64,000 nucleotides of DNA from an uncultured Nitrososphaerales archaeon (lineage in GTDB: Archaea > Thermoproteota > Nitrososphaeria > Nitrososphaerales > Nitrososphaeraceae). The stretch spans positions 384,001 to 448,000 of the forward strand of contig CAVOHZ010000010.1 of NCBI GenBank assembly GCA_963695855.1. Reading direction: 5' to 3'. The position numbers and the translations under genes were made by a program. The notes beneath the pieces were generated by a model. That model made no database searches. It saw only the letters and a program-made list of their open reading frames with translations, and was not told the origin of the DNA. How positions within the stretch are numbered: the first letter of the stretch is position 1; each line of letters starts with the position of its first letter. Of the stretch, positions 1-10,407 are shown in pieces.

Positions 1-1030
1 CAGCTAATCCTGATACATCTATTTGAAGAATATTCATTCCCAATAAAACGGCTGAAAGATAAATGTATGCAGCAGCAAGTCCATTTGGAGATTTACCGTC
101 AGCCAATAGATTATTTAAAGTTTTATGAGCTAAATCAATAGCTAATCGCTCTATTCGTGTATCGAGTTTTGCTAGATTAATTAATTTGGCTATATAATTA
201 TCTATAGATAAGGTACATGGAATAATTGTGGTTTTTTTTCCATTTTTATTGTCTTCATATTTTGATTTATTAGTATGGGTATCAAGTTTGGTTTGAATGA
301 AGTTACCACGCATAAACGCCAAGCTATCCGAATTATCAATTTTAATGGCTTTATCATAAGTATTGTTTTCATATGAAAAATTATTGTGATATATTCCCAA
401 TTCCATAGACATAACCCGATAATATTTTGAGGCAAGTTTTAGGCACGACCTGTCATTTGGAGATGCGCCTGTGGCATTTACTATTTCTTCAATAGATCTT
501 ACAATGGAACATCTTTTACACGCAAGATAGATCGTTGCCGAAGCTATACAAGAAACTGATTTTCCTTTTGCTTCATTATTCTTTTCATAGGTACGATATA
601 TCATTGCAGCGGTTTCAATTAGAATCTTGGGTAGTGACAGATTTGAACAAATCTCGCTAATCTTTGACAAAACATTAGAAAGTCTCCTTTCTTTGGATGA
701 TGATACACGTATTCTTGAATGCCATTTCCTAATATTGGTCATTTGTTCAGCTACTGTGTAATTGATTAACTTCCCTCCATAATCCTTTGAAGCATTGCCT
801 ATCTCGGTTCTTAAACCATAATCGTGTTGAGAAAAACTCATTGCTCCGCTTGCCCTTGTGTTACGATTTTTTTCTTCAAAATCTTTGGCTATGGATTCTG
901 GTCCATAATCATTCACTTCATCCAATACTACGTAACCGCAATTCTGACACAAAAATTCACCTTTACTAAAATCGTGAATCAAATTAGAATGACATTCTGG
1001 ACAATTATTGCAATATTCTAGACACACCAT
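1..1030 (-). CDS. tfb: Transcription initiation factor IIB (TFB), runs off the window start
   Basis: Manual translation from ATG at 1030: MVCLEYCNNCPECHSNLIHDFSKGEFLCQNCGYVV (Zn ribbon), DYGPE, RKWHSRIRVSSSKERRL, KGKS..IASATIYLAC and DGKSPNGLAAAYIY cyclin-repeat motifs. Absent from the ORF track because it is truncated. Confidence 0.95.
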   Translation of the reverse strand, partial: MVCLEYCNNCPECHSNLIHDFSKGEFLCQNCGYVVLDEVNDYGPESIAKDFEEKNRNTRASGAMSFSQHDYGLRTEIGNASKDYGGKLINYTVAEQMTNIRKWHSRIRVSSSKERRLSNVLSKISEICSNLSLPKILIETAAMIYRTYEKNNEAKGKSVSCIASATIYLACKRCSIVRSIEEIVNATGASPNDRSCLKLASKYYRVMSMELGIYHNNFSYENNTYDKAIKIDNSDSLAFMRGNFIQTKLDTHTNKSKYEDNKNGKKTTIIPCTLSIDNYIAKLINLAKLDTRIERLAIDLAHKTLNNLLADGKSPNGLAAAYIYLSAVLLGMNILQIDVSGLA

Positions 1031-1034
1031 TTTA

Positions 1035-1361
1035 TTATTTTCTACCTCTCGTATTTCTTTTTTTAAACGTCCTTGACTTTGCACCAACTTCGAGATTCCT
1101 TAGATTAGACTTGTATATTTTATCACCTTTAACAACTTGAAATTTGTCATTTGACATAATTATGGAGGCATATGGAGATCGAACTGGTCCTATTAGTTCA
1201 TTAATACTTCCTATTTTCATACAGTTAGAATTAAAAAGTAAATCCCCGGCATTGACTAGATTTTTTTCATCAACTTTTACAATCAACCTTCCACTTCTTG
1301 CTTTATGAGCAATTTCACCGACTTCTGTCAACGCAAATTTATTTGTTTTACTCATTTTCAT
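1035..1361 (-). CDS. gar1: Gar1/Naf1 family H/ACA RNP protein
   Basis: HKARSGRLIVK and IGSINELIGPVRSPYASI motifs; conserved position next to tfb. Confidence 0.85.
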   Translation of the reverse strand: MKMSKTNKFALTEVGEIAHKARSGRLIVKVDEKNLVNAGDLLFNSNCMKIGSINELIGPVRSPYASIIMSNDKFQVVKGDKIYKSNLRNLEVGAKSRTFKKRNTRGRK

Positions 1362-1419
1362 GTTATTCGGTCAATAATAATTTATTAATTTGATAAAGAA
1401 TTAAAACTATATTTCTTTT

Positions 1420-1737
1420 TCATGAAGTTCTTTTGTTCTTTGTTCTTCTTGCACTGATTTTTGAAGCGATTGTTGAGATTAATTCAAATTTCTTTTTATT
1501 TTCTATTTTTGGGATCATGATATAACCTGACCTTACAAAAGATCGTCGCGGATATCTTGCATGGTCACTAGAATTCTCTGCAGTAGCATTTAATCCACAA
1601 TCTATTGCAGCATCAAACAATTCAGAAAAAGTCGGGTCGAAAACAGCATGATCCCTTTTTATTCGTCTTCCCTTCCTCCTAGAGAGATTCTTATTTAAAT
1701 AGTCTAACCAAATAATTACATGCTCATAATCTTTCAA
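1420..1737 (-). CDS. srp19: Signal recognition particle protein SRP19
   Basis: IIWLDYLNKNLSRRKGRRI, RYPR motifs. Confidence 0.92.
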   Translation of the reverse strand: MKDYEHVIIWLDYLNKNLSRRKGRRIKRDHAVFDPTFSELFDAAIDCGLNATAENSSDHARYPRRSFVRSGYIMIPKIENKKKFELISTIASKISARRTKNKRTS

Positions 1738-1847
1738 TAAGTTAAATAGAAAGATTCTTCTTATTTTAATATTAATATTCTAACTAAATATTAAAATTCT
1801 TATTTCACATCTAAAGATGTACAGGAGATAAAATTGAAAATTTTATT

Positions 1848-2240
1848 TTAATTAGATTCCTTTACTAATATACCGTTCATGGTACCGTTCTGTCCTGGTC
1901 GCGAAACTATCCTTACTGAGCCTAATTCAGTCTCTACAACGGCACCTTTAGAAAGGACTCCCCGTCTTTCATAATCCTTATTAGCAGAATTCTTTAAGGC
2001 CCTTATAATTTTAGTTTTGACTGTTTTTTTATTTTCTTTATCGTTTACATTGATGAAATCAATAGTCTTTATTGCCGTTTTTTGATTATTACCTCTAACC
2101 CGTCTTGTTTTAGTAATTTCTGGGCCCACAACCGGTTCGTTGGGATATCTATCAATTTCGTATTTTCTTCTCGTTCTTGAAGCATTTAGTCTTCCCCCTG
2201 TATATTTTCTTCCGCTTAGATTCTCAATTGACTTTCGCAT
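1848..2240 (-). CDS. rps8e: 30S ribosomal protein S8e
   Basis: RKYTGGR, RVRGNN, SRPGQNGTMNG motifs. Confidence 0.97.
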   Translation of the reverse strand: MRKSIENLSGRKYTGGRLNASRTRRKYEIDRYPNEPVVGPEITKTRRVRGNNQKTAIKTIDFINVNDKENKKTVKTKIIRALKNSANKDYERRGVLSKGAVVETELGSVRIVSRPGQNGTMNGILVKESN

Positions 2241-2275
2241 TAAAATGAGATTGAATTACTCTAATTAAGACTTTT

Positions 2276-2791
2276 CTAGGATTTAGAAATAATACTTCCT
2301 TTCATCCTGTTGATATCAGAAATTCCGAAGTAGTCTTGAAATTTTTTCGTTGTCTTGTACACTCTCAACCTTCCTAAATTTTCATGTTCTACAAATGATA
2401 GCTGTTCGAGATATTTTACATGAGTGTATGCCTGCGTTCCTCTTATGTATACCAACCTTTTTGACGTGATAGGTTGCTCATATAGAATATATGATAATGT
2501 CTTTAGAGTGGCAGATGAAAGAAGTGGTTGTTTAGCAAATTTTTTAATCATAGGTATATAGCTAGATTTTAATTGAAATACGAACTTCCCGTCATCTAGT
2601 TCTCGTATTTCTAGTGCGTAAAATATAGAATTTACTTTTTTCATAATATCAAGGAGAATTTTTCTAATTTTTTCATTTGAATTAATACCAGTTGCCTTGC
2701 TTAATTCTTCAAGTGTCATTGGCCTACCAGAAGAATAGAGTGCAGCTTCTATCCTTGCTATAACTTCTTTATCTGGAAGAAATTTGTCCAA
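2276..2791 (-). CDS. scpB: SMC-Scp complex subunit ScpB
   Basis: IEAALYSSGRP, LKTLSYILYEQPIT, YKTTKKFQDYFG. Confidence 0.92.
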   Translation of the reverse strand: MDKFLPDKEVIARIEAALYSSGRPMTLEELSKATGINSNEKIRKILLDIMKKVNSIFYALEIRELDDGKFVFQLKSSYIPMIKKFAKQPLLSSATLKTLSYILYEQPITSKRLVYIRGTQAYTHVKYLEQLSFVEHENLGRLRVYKTTKKFQDYFGISDINRMKGSIISKS

Positions 2792-2830
2792 AGCTAGGTT
2801 CTATTATTAACGGATTTATATTAACATTAA

Positions 2831-3511
2831 CTAATTCCATATTTTTCTTACTGAAATATCGTAGGAATCCTCATTTTGTACCAATTCTATTTCATTTTTC
2901 ATTGCTAGATGTAATAATGCTATAAAAAACCTGGCTACCTCGATTGGTTGCATTCTATCAACAAATTTGCTGAAAATAATAATTTCGTTACTATTTAAGG
3001 AATTTAATATATAATCTTCATGTTCTTCCAATATTTTTTCAAATTTAACAAAATACTGATCGAACTCGAAATCACCTAAAGGTTCCAATTGTATTTGATT
3101 TCTACTTTTATGATTAGGATTTGACAAATCTGCAATCATATTTTGAAGAACTCCTAGAAGGTCTTCAAGAGATACTGGATAAGTTGATGACAATCTAAAT
3201 GGAAATTCAATTGGATTGATAATTGGAATTTCCTTTTCTTCTGCAATCTGCTGATTGTGTTTTTCCATGGCAATTTTTTCAAGTTTAAAAATACTCTCTA
3301 CTTTTAATCGATAAATTAAAGACGATGTCCATGCAGCTATTCCACAAATACGCAGGTCTTTTTTTCCATTTGAATTTATTAACTTTAAAAGTACTTCAAG
3401 CAAGTTTGAAATATCTATTTCCCACACATTTTGCTTTCCAAGCAGAGATGGGTTAAATAGTAGGTTAAGTGGAGGTTCAGATAACGACTGATTTGTTTCC
3501 TTAGAATTCAT
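2831..3511 (-). CDS. scpA: Segregation/condensation protein ScpA (kleisin)
   Basis: VWEIDISNLL N-terminus, FIALLHLA..EIELVQ C-terminal winged helix; adjacent to scpB. Confidence 0.85.
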   Translation of the reverse strand: MNSKETNQSLSEPPLNLLFNPSLLGKQNVWEIDISNLLEVLLKLINSNGKKDLRICGIAAWTSSLIYRLKVESIFKLEKIAMEKHNQQIAEEKEIPIINPIEFPFRLSSTYPVSLEDLLGVLQNMIADLSNPNHKSRNQIQLEPLGDFEFDQYFVKFEKILEEHEDYILNSLNSNEIIIFSKFVDRMQPIEVARFFIALLHLAMKNEIELVQNEDSYDISVRKIWN

Positions 3512-3579
3512 TTATATGTTTCTTGTTTTAGATATTTCAATGAAAAACATTGATATTTTAAAGTAATTTCTCAAAAAAA

Positions 3580-4140
3580 TTAAGATGTCATCCAATCTAA
3601 AGGGATATCCTGATACAGACCATTAGGCAAAATTCGTCTAATCGAGATAGGTAATGCTTTTTTCTCGAGCTCCTCTATGGCAAGTGCAATGGAACTCTTA
3701 TTAAAAGCATCTTCCACTTTTATCATTATGGGGGCACCAAAAGAAAGTTGCAATGCTCTTGCTCCTGTTATTCTTGCCTTTTCAAATCTTGTAAGCCTTC
3801 GTGGACCTATTAGAATTTCTTTATTTCTGGAAATTAGTTCTTTCAATTCATATTCAGGTTCATCATATTCAACGAATTGTTCAATCCTGGTACTTTGATT
3901 TTCAGTTTCCTCTGCAGATTCTTTATCTAGTTTTTCGCTCTTTTCTTCTTCGGAAGATTTTTTTGAAGATGCCGAGGCCTTAGATTTTTTAGCTTTGGAT
4001 CTCGATCTGGCATTTTTCGATTTCGATTTTGAGTCGGATACATCGGAAACGATATTATCTCCTTCGTGATTTTTAAGTGTTAATTTACCAGTATCATCTA
4101 TTTCATCTTTATTATTATCATTTGCTTTCTTGTCAACCAA
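3580..4140 (-). CDS. rpo6: RNA polymerase subunit Rpo6 (RpoK) with charged N-terminal extension
   Basis: LTRFEKARITGARALQLSFGAP, LPISIRRILP. Confidence 0.95.
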   Translation of the reverse strand: MVDKKANDNNKDEIDDTGKLTLKNHEGDNIVSDVSDSKSKSKNARSRSKAKKSKASASSKKSSEEEKSEKLDKESAEETENQSTRIEQFVEYDEPEYELKELISRNKEILIGPRRLTRFEKARITGARALQLSFGAPIMIKVEDAFNKSSIALAIEELEKKALPISIRRILPNGLYQDIPLDWMTS

Positions 4141-4224
4141 GAATAGTCAAAAAGCTTATTAGAATATAATTAAACGTTACGAATTTAAGCAATTAGGATA
4201 AGATACAGGTGAATAGAAAGAATC

Positions 4225-4635
4225 ATGTATGATACAAGTAGTAAAAGTTCCTTCTCAGTTTCAAGAATCCAGATTGAAATAATTGTAGGAAACAAAGGAC
4301 GAATAAAAGCAGAACTTGTACGTCACTTAGCTCCATTAACCATTTCAGAAATATTAAAACGTCTTCCCTTAAGTGGAAGAGTTCACTATAATTTAGATAA
4401 TTTCTGCTACATACAAACACAATTAAATCTTGGACCAGAGAAACAAAAAAAGCATTTCAAAGCGAATGATATAGCATATTTAACTTTAAATGGTTCTTTC
4501 TGTTTTTTTATAAAAGAAACTACAACAGCTCCAATGAATCATATTGGAAAAATGATTTCAGAAATAGATCCCATCAAGAGAGTAGAACCAACAGATATTT
4601 TAACTTTAAAACAAATGGTAATGGAATATAAATAA
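4225..4635 (+). CDS. Cyclophilin-like fold protein (DUF369/TM1367-like)
   Basis: LVRHLAPLTI..ILKRLP, DIAY..NGSFCFF, MNHIGK. Confidence 0.65.
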   Translation: MYDTSSKSSFSVSRIQIEIIVGNKGRIKAELVRHLAPLTISEILKRLPLSGRVHYNLDNFCYIQTQLNLGPEKQKKHFKANDIAYLTLNGSFCFFIKETTTAPMNHIGKMISEIDPIKRVEPTDILTLKQMVMEYK

Positions 4636-4639
4636 TTAT

Positions 4640-4963
4640 TTATTTTTTGGAGATGCAATAAACTTTATGTCCACTGTATCCGCCTGCAATTTTGATTATC
4701 CCCTTGGATTCTAAATTTTTTAGATAATTGTTGGCTACAGAAATCTTTATTCCCAATGTTTTTGCAACGCCCTGCACAGTTATAGCTTTCATACCTTTTA
4801 TAATTCCAGGATCATTAATATCATCAATCAAAACAGAAGATTTCTGTTTTTGAGATTTAGAAGGTGCCTTTCCTTCGTCCTTTTTCAACTTAGTAGAAGA
4901 TTCTCCAGGCTGTTGTGCATTAGATTTTGATGAACCCACTGGTTTCTTCTTGACTCCACCCAT
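4640..4963 (-). CDS. rps25e: 30S ribosomal protein S25e
   Basis: MGGVKKK basic N-terminus; ITVQGVAKTLGIKISVANNYLKNLESKG winged helix. Confidence 0.85.
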   Translation of the reverse strand: MGGVKKKPVGSSKSNAQQPGESSTKLKKDEGKAPSKSQKQKSSVLIDDINDPGIIKGMKAITVQGVAKTLGIKISVANNYLKNLESKGIIKIAGGYSGHKVYCISKK

Positions 4964-5074
4964 TATATTATTAGAATTGCAGTTAATCCAATTTATAAGT
5001 TATAATGATGAAAATATAACAAATAGGTTGTTACCTCAAAAATGCTTAATACCCCTTGCAGGTTATTTTTTCCG

Positions 5075-6826
5075 TTGGATTTTTCTCTGGTTGCAGAAAC
5101 CTTTCAAGAAATGGAAAAGACAAATAGTAGGATATCATTAACAGATCATCTTGTTAGTTTACTTAAGAAAACTCCGCATGATGTAATAAAAAGGATTGTT
5201 TACCTGATACAAGGAAAATTATATCCAGATTATGAAGGAATAGAACTTGGGGTAGCAGAAAAATTAACAACAAGATCAATTGCAGATTCGATAGGAATCT
5301 CTATAAGGGAAGTCGAGGATGTTTATGCCCAATTAGGGGATTTAGGAGAAGCGGCCGCCAAAATATCTATGAAAAAATATCAACAAACATTTTTTAGTGA
5401 AAAGATCACTGTTAATAGAGTTTACAAGACCTTCGAAAAGATAGCAAAGACAGCCGGTCCAAGATCACAATTAACAAAATTAAGGTTAGTTATTAGTTTG
5501 CTAAATGATGCCACTCCTATTGAAAGTAAGTACATTATTAAATTCTTGTTAGGAATTCTAAGGCTTGGAATAGCTGATTTTACAATTATTGATGCTTTAT
5601 CGATAACCTTTACAGGTGACAAAAGTAGCAGAAAGATTATTGAAAATAGTTACAATATCTGCAGTGATCTGGGTACTGTCGCGGAAATATTAGCTCTAAA
5701 GGGAATCAATGGGTTGAAGGAAATTAAAATTACACCGCTGAAGCCAATACGACCGATGTTGGCAGGAAGAGTTTCCGGCCCTGAGGAAGCACTAGAAAGG
5801 GCAGGAAATATTGTTTCCGCAGAATTCAAATTAGATGGAGAAAGAGTGCAAATACACAAAGACAATTCTAAAATAGAATTATTTTCTAGGAGTTTGGAAA
5901 AAATAACATCGCATTATCCAGATATTGTTGATCCTATAAAAAATTTAAAGGTGGATAAATTGATTTTGGAAGGAGAAATCGTTCCAATCAATATTTTGAA
6001 CAATAAAATTCAACCCTTTCAGGAATTGATGCATAGAAAAAGAAAATACAATATAACAGAAATTGTAAAAAAATATCCTATAAATCTATACTTATTTGAC
6101 ATTTTGTACTATGATGACATTGATTGTACAAAATATGAATACATTAAAAGAAGAGAGATTTTAGAAAATATCCTAAAAAACAAAATGGAGGGAATAATTG
6201 ATTTGGTCAAACAGAAAACAGTGAACAACTCCAAGCAAATTAAACGTTTCTTTTCTTTGGCAACGAAAAATGGATGTGAAGGTTTAATGTTAAAACAATT
6301 AAATAGCCAGTACAGGGCAGGTGCAAGAGAATACCTCTGGATGAAATTGAAGAGGGAGTATGACAGTACAATGGGTGACTCGTTTGACCTTACTGTCGTA
6401 GGGGCACTTTTGGGAAAAGGAAAAAGAACAGGATATTACGGCGCATTGTTACTCGCTGTCTATGACAAAGAAACAAACACTCTTCAGAGTACCTGTAAAG
6501 TGGGAACTGGATTTTCTGATGCAAATTTAGAATTACTTTACAATGAACTGAAGAAAGACATAATTAAAGAAAAGCATCGTAATGTGATCACAAATATGAA
6601 GATGGATATATGGTTTAAACCAAGAATAGTTCTCGAGGTAATAGCTTCGGAGATTACTCTTAGTCCATCACATACAGCAGCTATACACTCGATTCGAGAA
6701 AATTTTGGTTTGGCGCTTAGATTTCCAAAATTTTCTGGTAAGATTAGATTGGACAAGAATCCGGAAGATTCTACCACTGCTCAAGAACTAATAGACATCT
6801 ATAAGATGCAAGTAAAGAAAAGCTAA
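5075..6826 (+). CDS. lig: ATP-dependent DNA ligase (likely start TTG 5075; ORF open from 5042)
   Basis: Motif I EFKLDGER, EGLMLK, WMKLK, KVGTGFSD, LRFPKF. Confidence 0.97.
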   Translation: MDFSLVAETFQEMEKTNSRISLTDHLVSLLKKTPHDVIKRIVYLIQGKLYPDYEGIELGVAEKLTTRSIADSIGISIREVEDVYAQLGDLGEAAAKISMKKYQQTFFSEKITVNRVYKTFEKIAKTAGPRSQLTKLRLVISLLNDATPIESKYIIKFLLGILRLGIADFTIIDALSITFTGDKSSRKIIENSYNICSDLGTVAEILALKGINGLKEIKITPLKPIRPMLAGRVSGPEEALERAGNIVSAEFKLDGERVQIHKDNSKIELFSRSLEKITSHYPDIVDPIKNLKVDKLILEGEIVPINILNNKIQPFQELMHRKRKYNITEIVKKYPINLYLFDILYYDDIDCTKYEYIKRREILENILKNKMEGIIDLVKQKTVNNSKQIKRFFSLATKNGCEGLMLKQLNSQYRAGAREYLWMKLKREYDSTMGDSFDLTVVGALLGKGKRTGYYGALLLAVYDKETNTLQSTCKVGTGFSDANLELLYNELKKDIIKEKHRNVITNMKMDIWFKPRIVLEVIASEITLSPSHTAAIHSIRENFGLALRFPKFSGKIRLDKNPEDSTTAQELIDIYKMQVKKS

Positions 6827-7019
6827 AACTGAGAACTAAGAATAACCATATAATGTATATTTATTATTGTTCTTAAGAAGGTAACATCACACAAAATAAT
6901 ATTTAGAATGATGATAACAAATGAAAATACAATGGTTATTGATTAATTGAAATTAAAAGTTTTCTGGCCCACAAGGATCCGTAATTCAAGACATAATAAC
7001 CTTCTTGAAGTCGAATTCA

Positions 7020-7625
7020 TTATTTGTTGTATAATAATACATACCTACAAGAATTATATCGAGTTGTGTATTTGTAACACAGCATATTTTTCTTGTCCTT
7101 CCCCGTGGCAAATACATGGGTAGCAACGTTAACTATGCAGATACATCCTTGGAATACTGATTAATATCTTCAATTATTCTTTCTCAAATTTTGAATGTGG
7201 ATAGTTTTCTATACTATATATTACAACTTCGGAATATCATGTACGGTCCCTCATAAATTCCGTTTCTTTTTCCATTTTTTTACTAATCAATCAAAAATTT
7301 CCTAGTAACAAAAATATTTTGGTTCATTAAAGATATGGTTTCAGAGAAACTCATATTAATTAGTTCAATACCATACTATGACCAGTTATGAATATTTTAA
7401 ATCTGAATAACAATTTCATTTATAATAAATAAGGAAACTATTTCTTTGTAAAATTGATAATACATAAATCTCTAAATGCTATTCCATGCAAATATGTAAC
7501 TTTTTTCTAATCTCTAAACATCCTTAATGCTTTAGACGTGTAATGTAGACTCAACAAGAAAATACAAATTCAAACAATATACTACTTTAATCAAGTGTGC
7601 TTCATTTCTTTCAAATCTAATAACC
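7020..7625 (-). pseudogene. Highly decayed IS6-like (DDE) transposase, near full length
   Basis: Collinear broken peptides on minus strand: IRFERN, LYFL.LSLHYTSKAL, SYIFAWNSI*RF, FIINEIVIQI*NIHNWS*YGIELI, DRT*YSE, HSKFEK, NQYSKD, PC, IHNSI*FL; similar to the relics at 36.2 and 37.3 kb. Family assignment is from recalled motifs. Confidence 0.65.
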
Positions 7626-7971
7626 TTGGAATACAGATAGAATCTCGAGATAAATCAAATTAGAAAGATACAACCAAAAAATATTGGTTCAAAACGATGT
7701 TATCATAGCAACTACTGGAGGCAAAATAGATTAGAGAAAGGAAAATAAGAAAAATTGATTCAAAACTATCTATGAAAGAGTGCTTATTATGGGAAATAAG
7801 TTGGGTTTTAAAAAGTTTTATTTTCTATTAAAAGAAAATAGTTAGATATTAAGTACAAAATTAATTAACTAATGTGTCAGGGTATCACCTAAAATTAGAA
7901 CATATAGTCACATATAATTCGTTCTTATAATAATCTAGTCATTCTGTAGAACTAAACAGGTTAAGATCTTT

Positions 7972-8121
7972 TTAATTCGAGGTATCTCTATTACTTTTCA
8001 GTGGTTTCAAAGGCGGAGGTAATTTCTCTAATTTATGAGAAGGGTTAGCAAGATAATGACGAGAAGCGCCTTCTCCAGAAAGTACAATATTACATATTAA
8101 ACATTTGTATTTAATAGCCAT
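7972..8121 (-). CDS. 49-aa putative C2H2-type zinc-finger micro-protein
   Basis: MAIKYKCLICNIVLSGEGASRHYLANPSHKLEKLPPPLKPLKSNRDTSN*; YKCxxC..H..H; below the ORF-track cutoff. Confidence 0.6.
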   Translation of the reverse strand: MAIKYKCLICNIVLSGEGASRHYLANPSHKLEKLPPPLKPLKSNRDTSN

Positions 8122-8223
8122 ATCCCAATCCAGTAGTATGTAAATAAACTACCCTAAAAAGTCTACTATTTAAAAATATGCCAAGGAGAAAAATAATAAC
8201 AAATATGATTTCTAAGCGGATAT

Positions 8224-10407
8224 TTATCTTAGTTTTATTATTTCTCTATTATCCGGCACACTAGAACGAATTCCTAGCTTATTATATATGGTACTTGCGA
8301 CGTTCTCTGATTTTGTTCTTTCACCATGATTTACTAGCACACGCTTAGGCTTGACTCTTGATACAAAATTTAATATCTGATTAAAGTCACTGTGTCCACT
8401 AAATCCGTCTATTTTTTGAGTTTGACATCTAAGTGGAATGACTTTCACTTTACCTAGTTTATCCATCATTGTTACTTCATTTGTCGTTCCGTCGAGTACA
8501 CGTCTTCCCAAAGTTCCGTTAATTTGATAAGACACAAAGATTATCTTGTTATTCACAGATGTTGCTATTTCTTTGAAATATTCCACTGAAGGACCACCTT
8601 CTAGCATTCCAGAAGTAGCCATAATTATCGCAGGATTCTGATCGTTGAGCACTTCATCCCGTTTTCCATATCCATTTACTACAGTAAAATATTCTGATTG
8701 AAACGGATTAATTCCTTGTGCAACAGAACGTCTTACTTCTTGCCCCAAATAATGAGCGTAAGACATATGTATTCCACTTGCCTCAGAGATCATCCCTTCT
8801 ATATAAATTGGAGATTCTACTAATCTTCCCTCTCTCATTTCTTTATCAATAACGAGCATAATTTCTTGAGCTCTTCCAACAGCTGGTACTGGGATGAGCA
8901 CTTTTCCACCAGTCGTCAAGGTTCTGTTTATACTTTCAGTAAAGTTATTGTATACAGTGTACTGTTCAGGCATAATATCTGTTGATCCTCCATAGGTACT
9001 TTCTGTAATCAATGTCTCTACTCGTGGATAATTAGTGATTGCACCATCTAAAAGCTGTGTTTTAGCATACTTATAATCTCCAGAATATAATATATTATGT
9101 ACTCCAGATACATTCATATGAACAGTAGCACTTCCCATTATGTGTCCGGCATTATTCATAGTAATAGTGATATCCGGAGAGATATCAGTCGGTTTTCCAT
9201 ATGGCAAAGGTATAGTATGTTTAATAACTTCGTTAATATCCCTAGTTTCATATGGACAATAAACTCCATTATTTTGGGCAACTTTAACAGAATCCATTTG
9301 TAGAAGAGACATCAGAGGAAGTGTAGGTTCAGTACAATATACCGGACCATCATAACCGTATTTAAATAAAGTAGGCAGAAATCCCTGATGATCTATATGA
9401 GCATGACTAATTACTACAGCATCTAAATCTTCGAGTCTAAAATTAAACCAGTCAATCCTAGGATAAGCGTCTATACTATTATTTTCTCCGGGATTAATTC
9501 CACAGTCAAGCATAATCTTACTTTCAGAAGTGACTACTATAAAACAGGACCTCCCCACCTGCTTAACTCCACCTAAACAGAAAATTAATACTTCCTTAGA
9601 ATTATTCCACGATTTGATTGGTTTTCCTAGCGCTCTATTAGAAAGTTTTGTGTTATTATTATTAGAAATACTATTGCTATGATTACCATTCTCCTCTACT
9701 TTTTTAATTAAAGGTTCACGAAAAATTCTTTTTCCAAGATCTCTAAGGAAATTAGACCTTTCTTTAGAAGAACTTTTTAGAATTGTATGAATATTAGTAA
9801 TACTTTGCGATGAAATATGAGAAGATCTTCTTAAATGCGCTATCCAGCCAGTAGAATGTGCGATATTTATAAGTGTATCAGTATCAATTACTTCAGGTTT
9901 GTTAACTTCAAGAATAACTTCTCCGGTTGCATCATCACAAAAGACTGCAGAAACGGTTACATTTTTAGTCAATATTTTAGAAATTAGGTTTCTTGTCTCA
10001 TCTTCACGTAAACGAATAGAGGGATCGGTCCTCAAGATGAATCGTTTTTTCAACGTTTTAGATAGTGAAGAAAGATAAAAAGTTAATTCAGTTAAAGAAA
10101 ATTTGGGATTTTTTGTGTATAAGGCGATATTAGGTCCTTCAAATCTGGCTATGGTAATTTGTGACTCTTTTGGTATTGAATTCAGTACTTTTTTAGTGAT
10201 GTTTTCCTCATCTTTACATGATATTGTAGTATTCTGATTGGAGTTTCCTTTTTCAGAATGATGGTGGACTAACGGATTCGATTGATATAAATTGGGATCA
10301 TATTTTTTGATATTAGACAAAGTAATACTGTTATTATTGGGTGGCGGAACTGGAGTTAATAACTCATCATTAACACTAATTTTACTATTATTTCGTTTTT
10401 TATTCAA
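8224..10407 (-). CDS. fttA: beta-CASP ribonuclease aCPSF1/FttA (KH + MBL)
   Basis: FEGPNIALY KH region, GGVKQVGRS, ISHAHIDH, AGHIMGSA, GFSGHSD, NHGE. Confidence 0.95.
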   Translation of the reverse strand: MNKKRNNSKISVNDELLTPVPPPNNNSITLSNIKKYDPNLYQSNPLVHHHSEKGNSNQNTTISCKDEENITKKVLNSIPKESQITIARFEGPNIALYTKNPKFSLTELTFYLSSLSKTLKKRFILRTDPSIRLREDETRNLISKILTKNVTVSAVFCDDATGEVILEVNKPEVIDTDTLINIAHSTGWIAHLRRSSHISSQSITNIHTILKSSSKERSNFLRDLGKRIFREPLIKKVEENGNHSNSISNNNNTKLSNRALGKPIKSWNNSKEVLIFCLGGVKQVGRSCFIVVTSESKIMLDCGINPGENNSIDAYPRIDWFNFRLEDLDAVVISHAHIDHQGFLPTLFKYGYDGPVYCTEPTLPLMSLLQMDSVKVAQNNGVYCPYETRDINEVIKHTIPLPYGKPTDISPDITITMNNAGHIMGSATVHMNVSGVHNILYSGDYKYAKTQLLDGAITNYPRVETLITESTYGGSTDIMPEQYTVYNNFTESINRTLTTGGKVLIPVPAVGRAQEIMLVIDKEMREGRLVESPIYIEGMISEASGIHMSYAHYLGQEVRRSVAQGINPFQSEYFTVVNGYGKRDEVLNDQNPAIIMATSGMLEGGPSVEYFKEIATSVNNKIIFVSYQINGTLGRRVLDGTTNEVTMMDKLGKVKVIPLRCQTQKIDGFSGHSDFNQILNFVSRVKPKRVLVNHGERTKSENVASTIYNKLGIRSSVPDNREIIKLR

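Noticed and set aside
202-1021. Short ORFs 202-435, 787-969 and 824-1021
   Set aside because: Alternative-frame or antisense overlaps of the tfb gene; the same applies to most other short ORFs nested in recognised genes.
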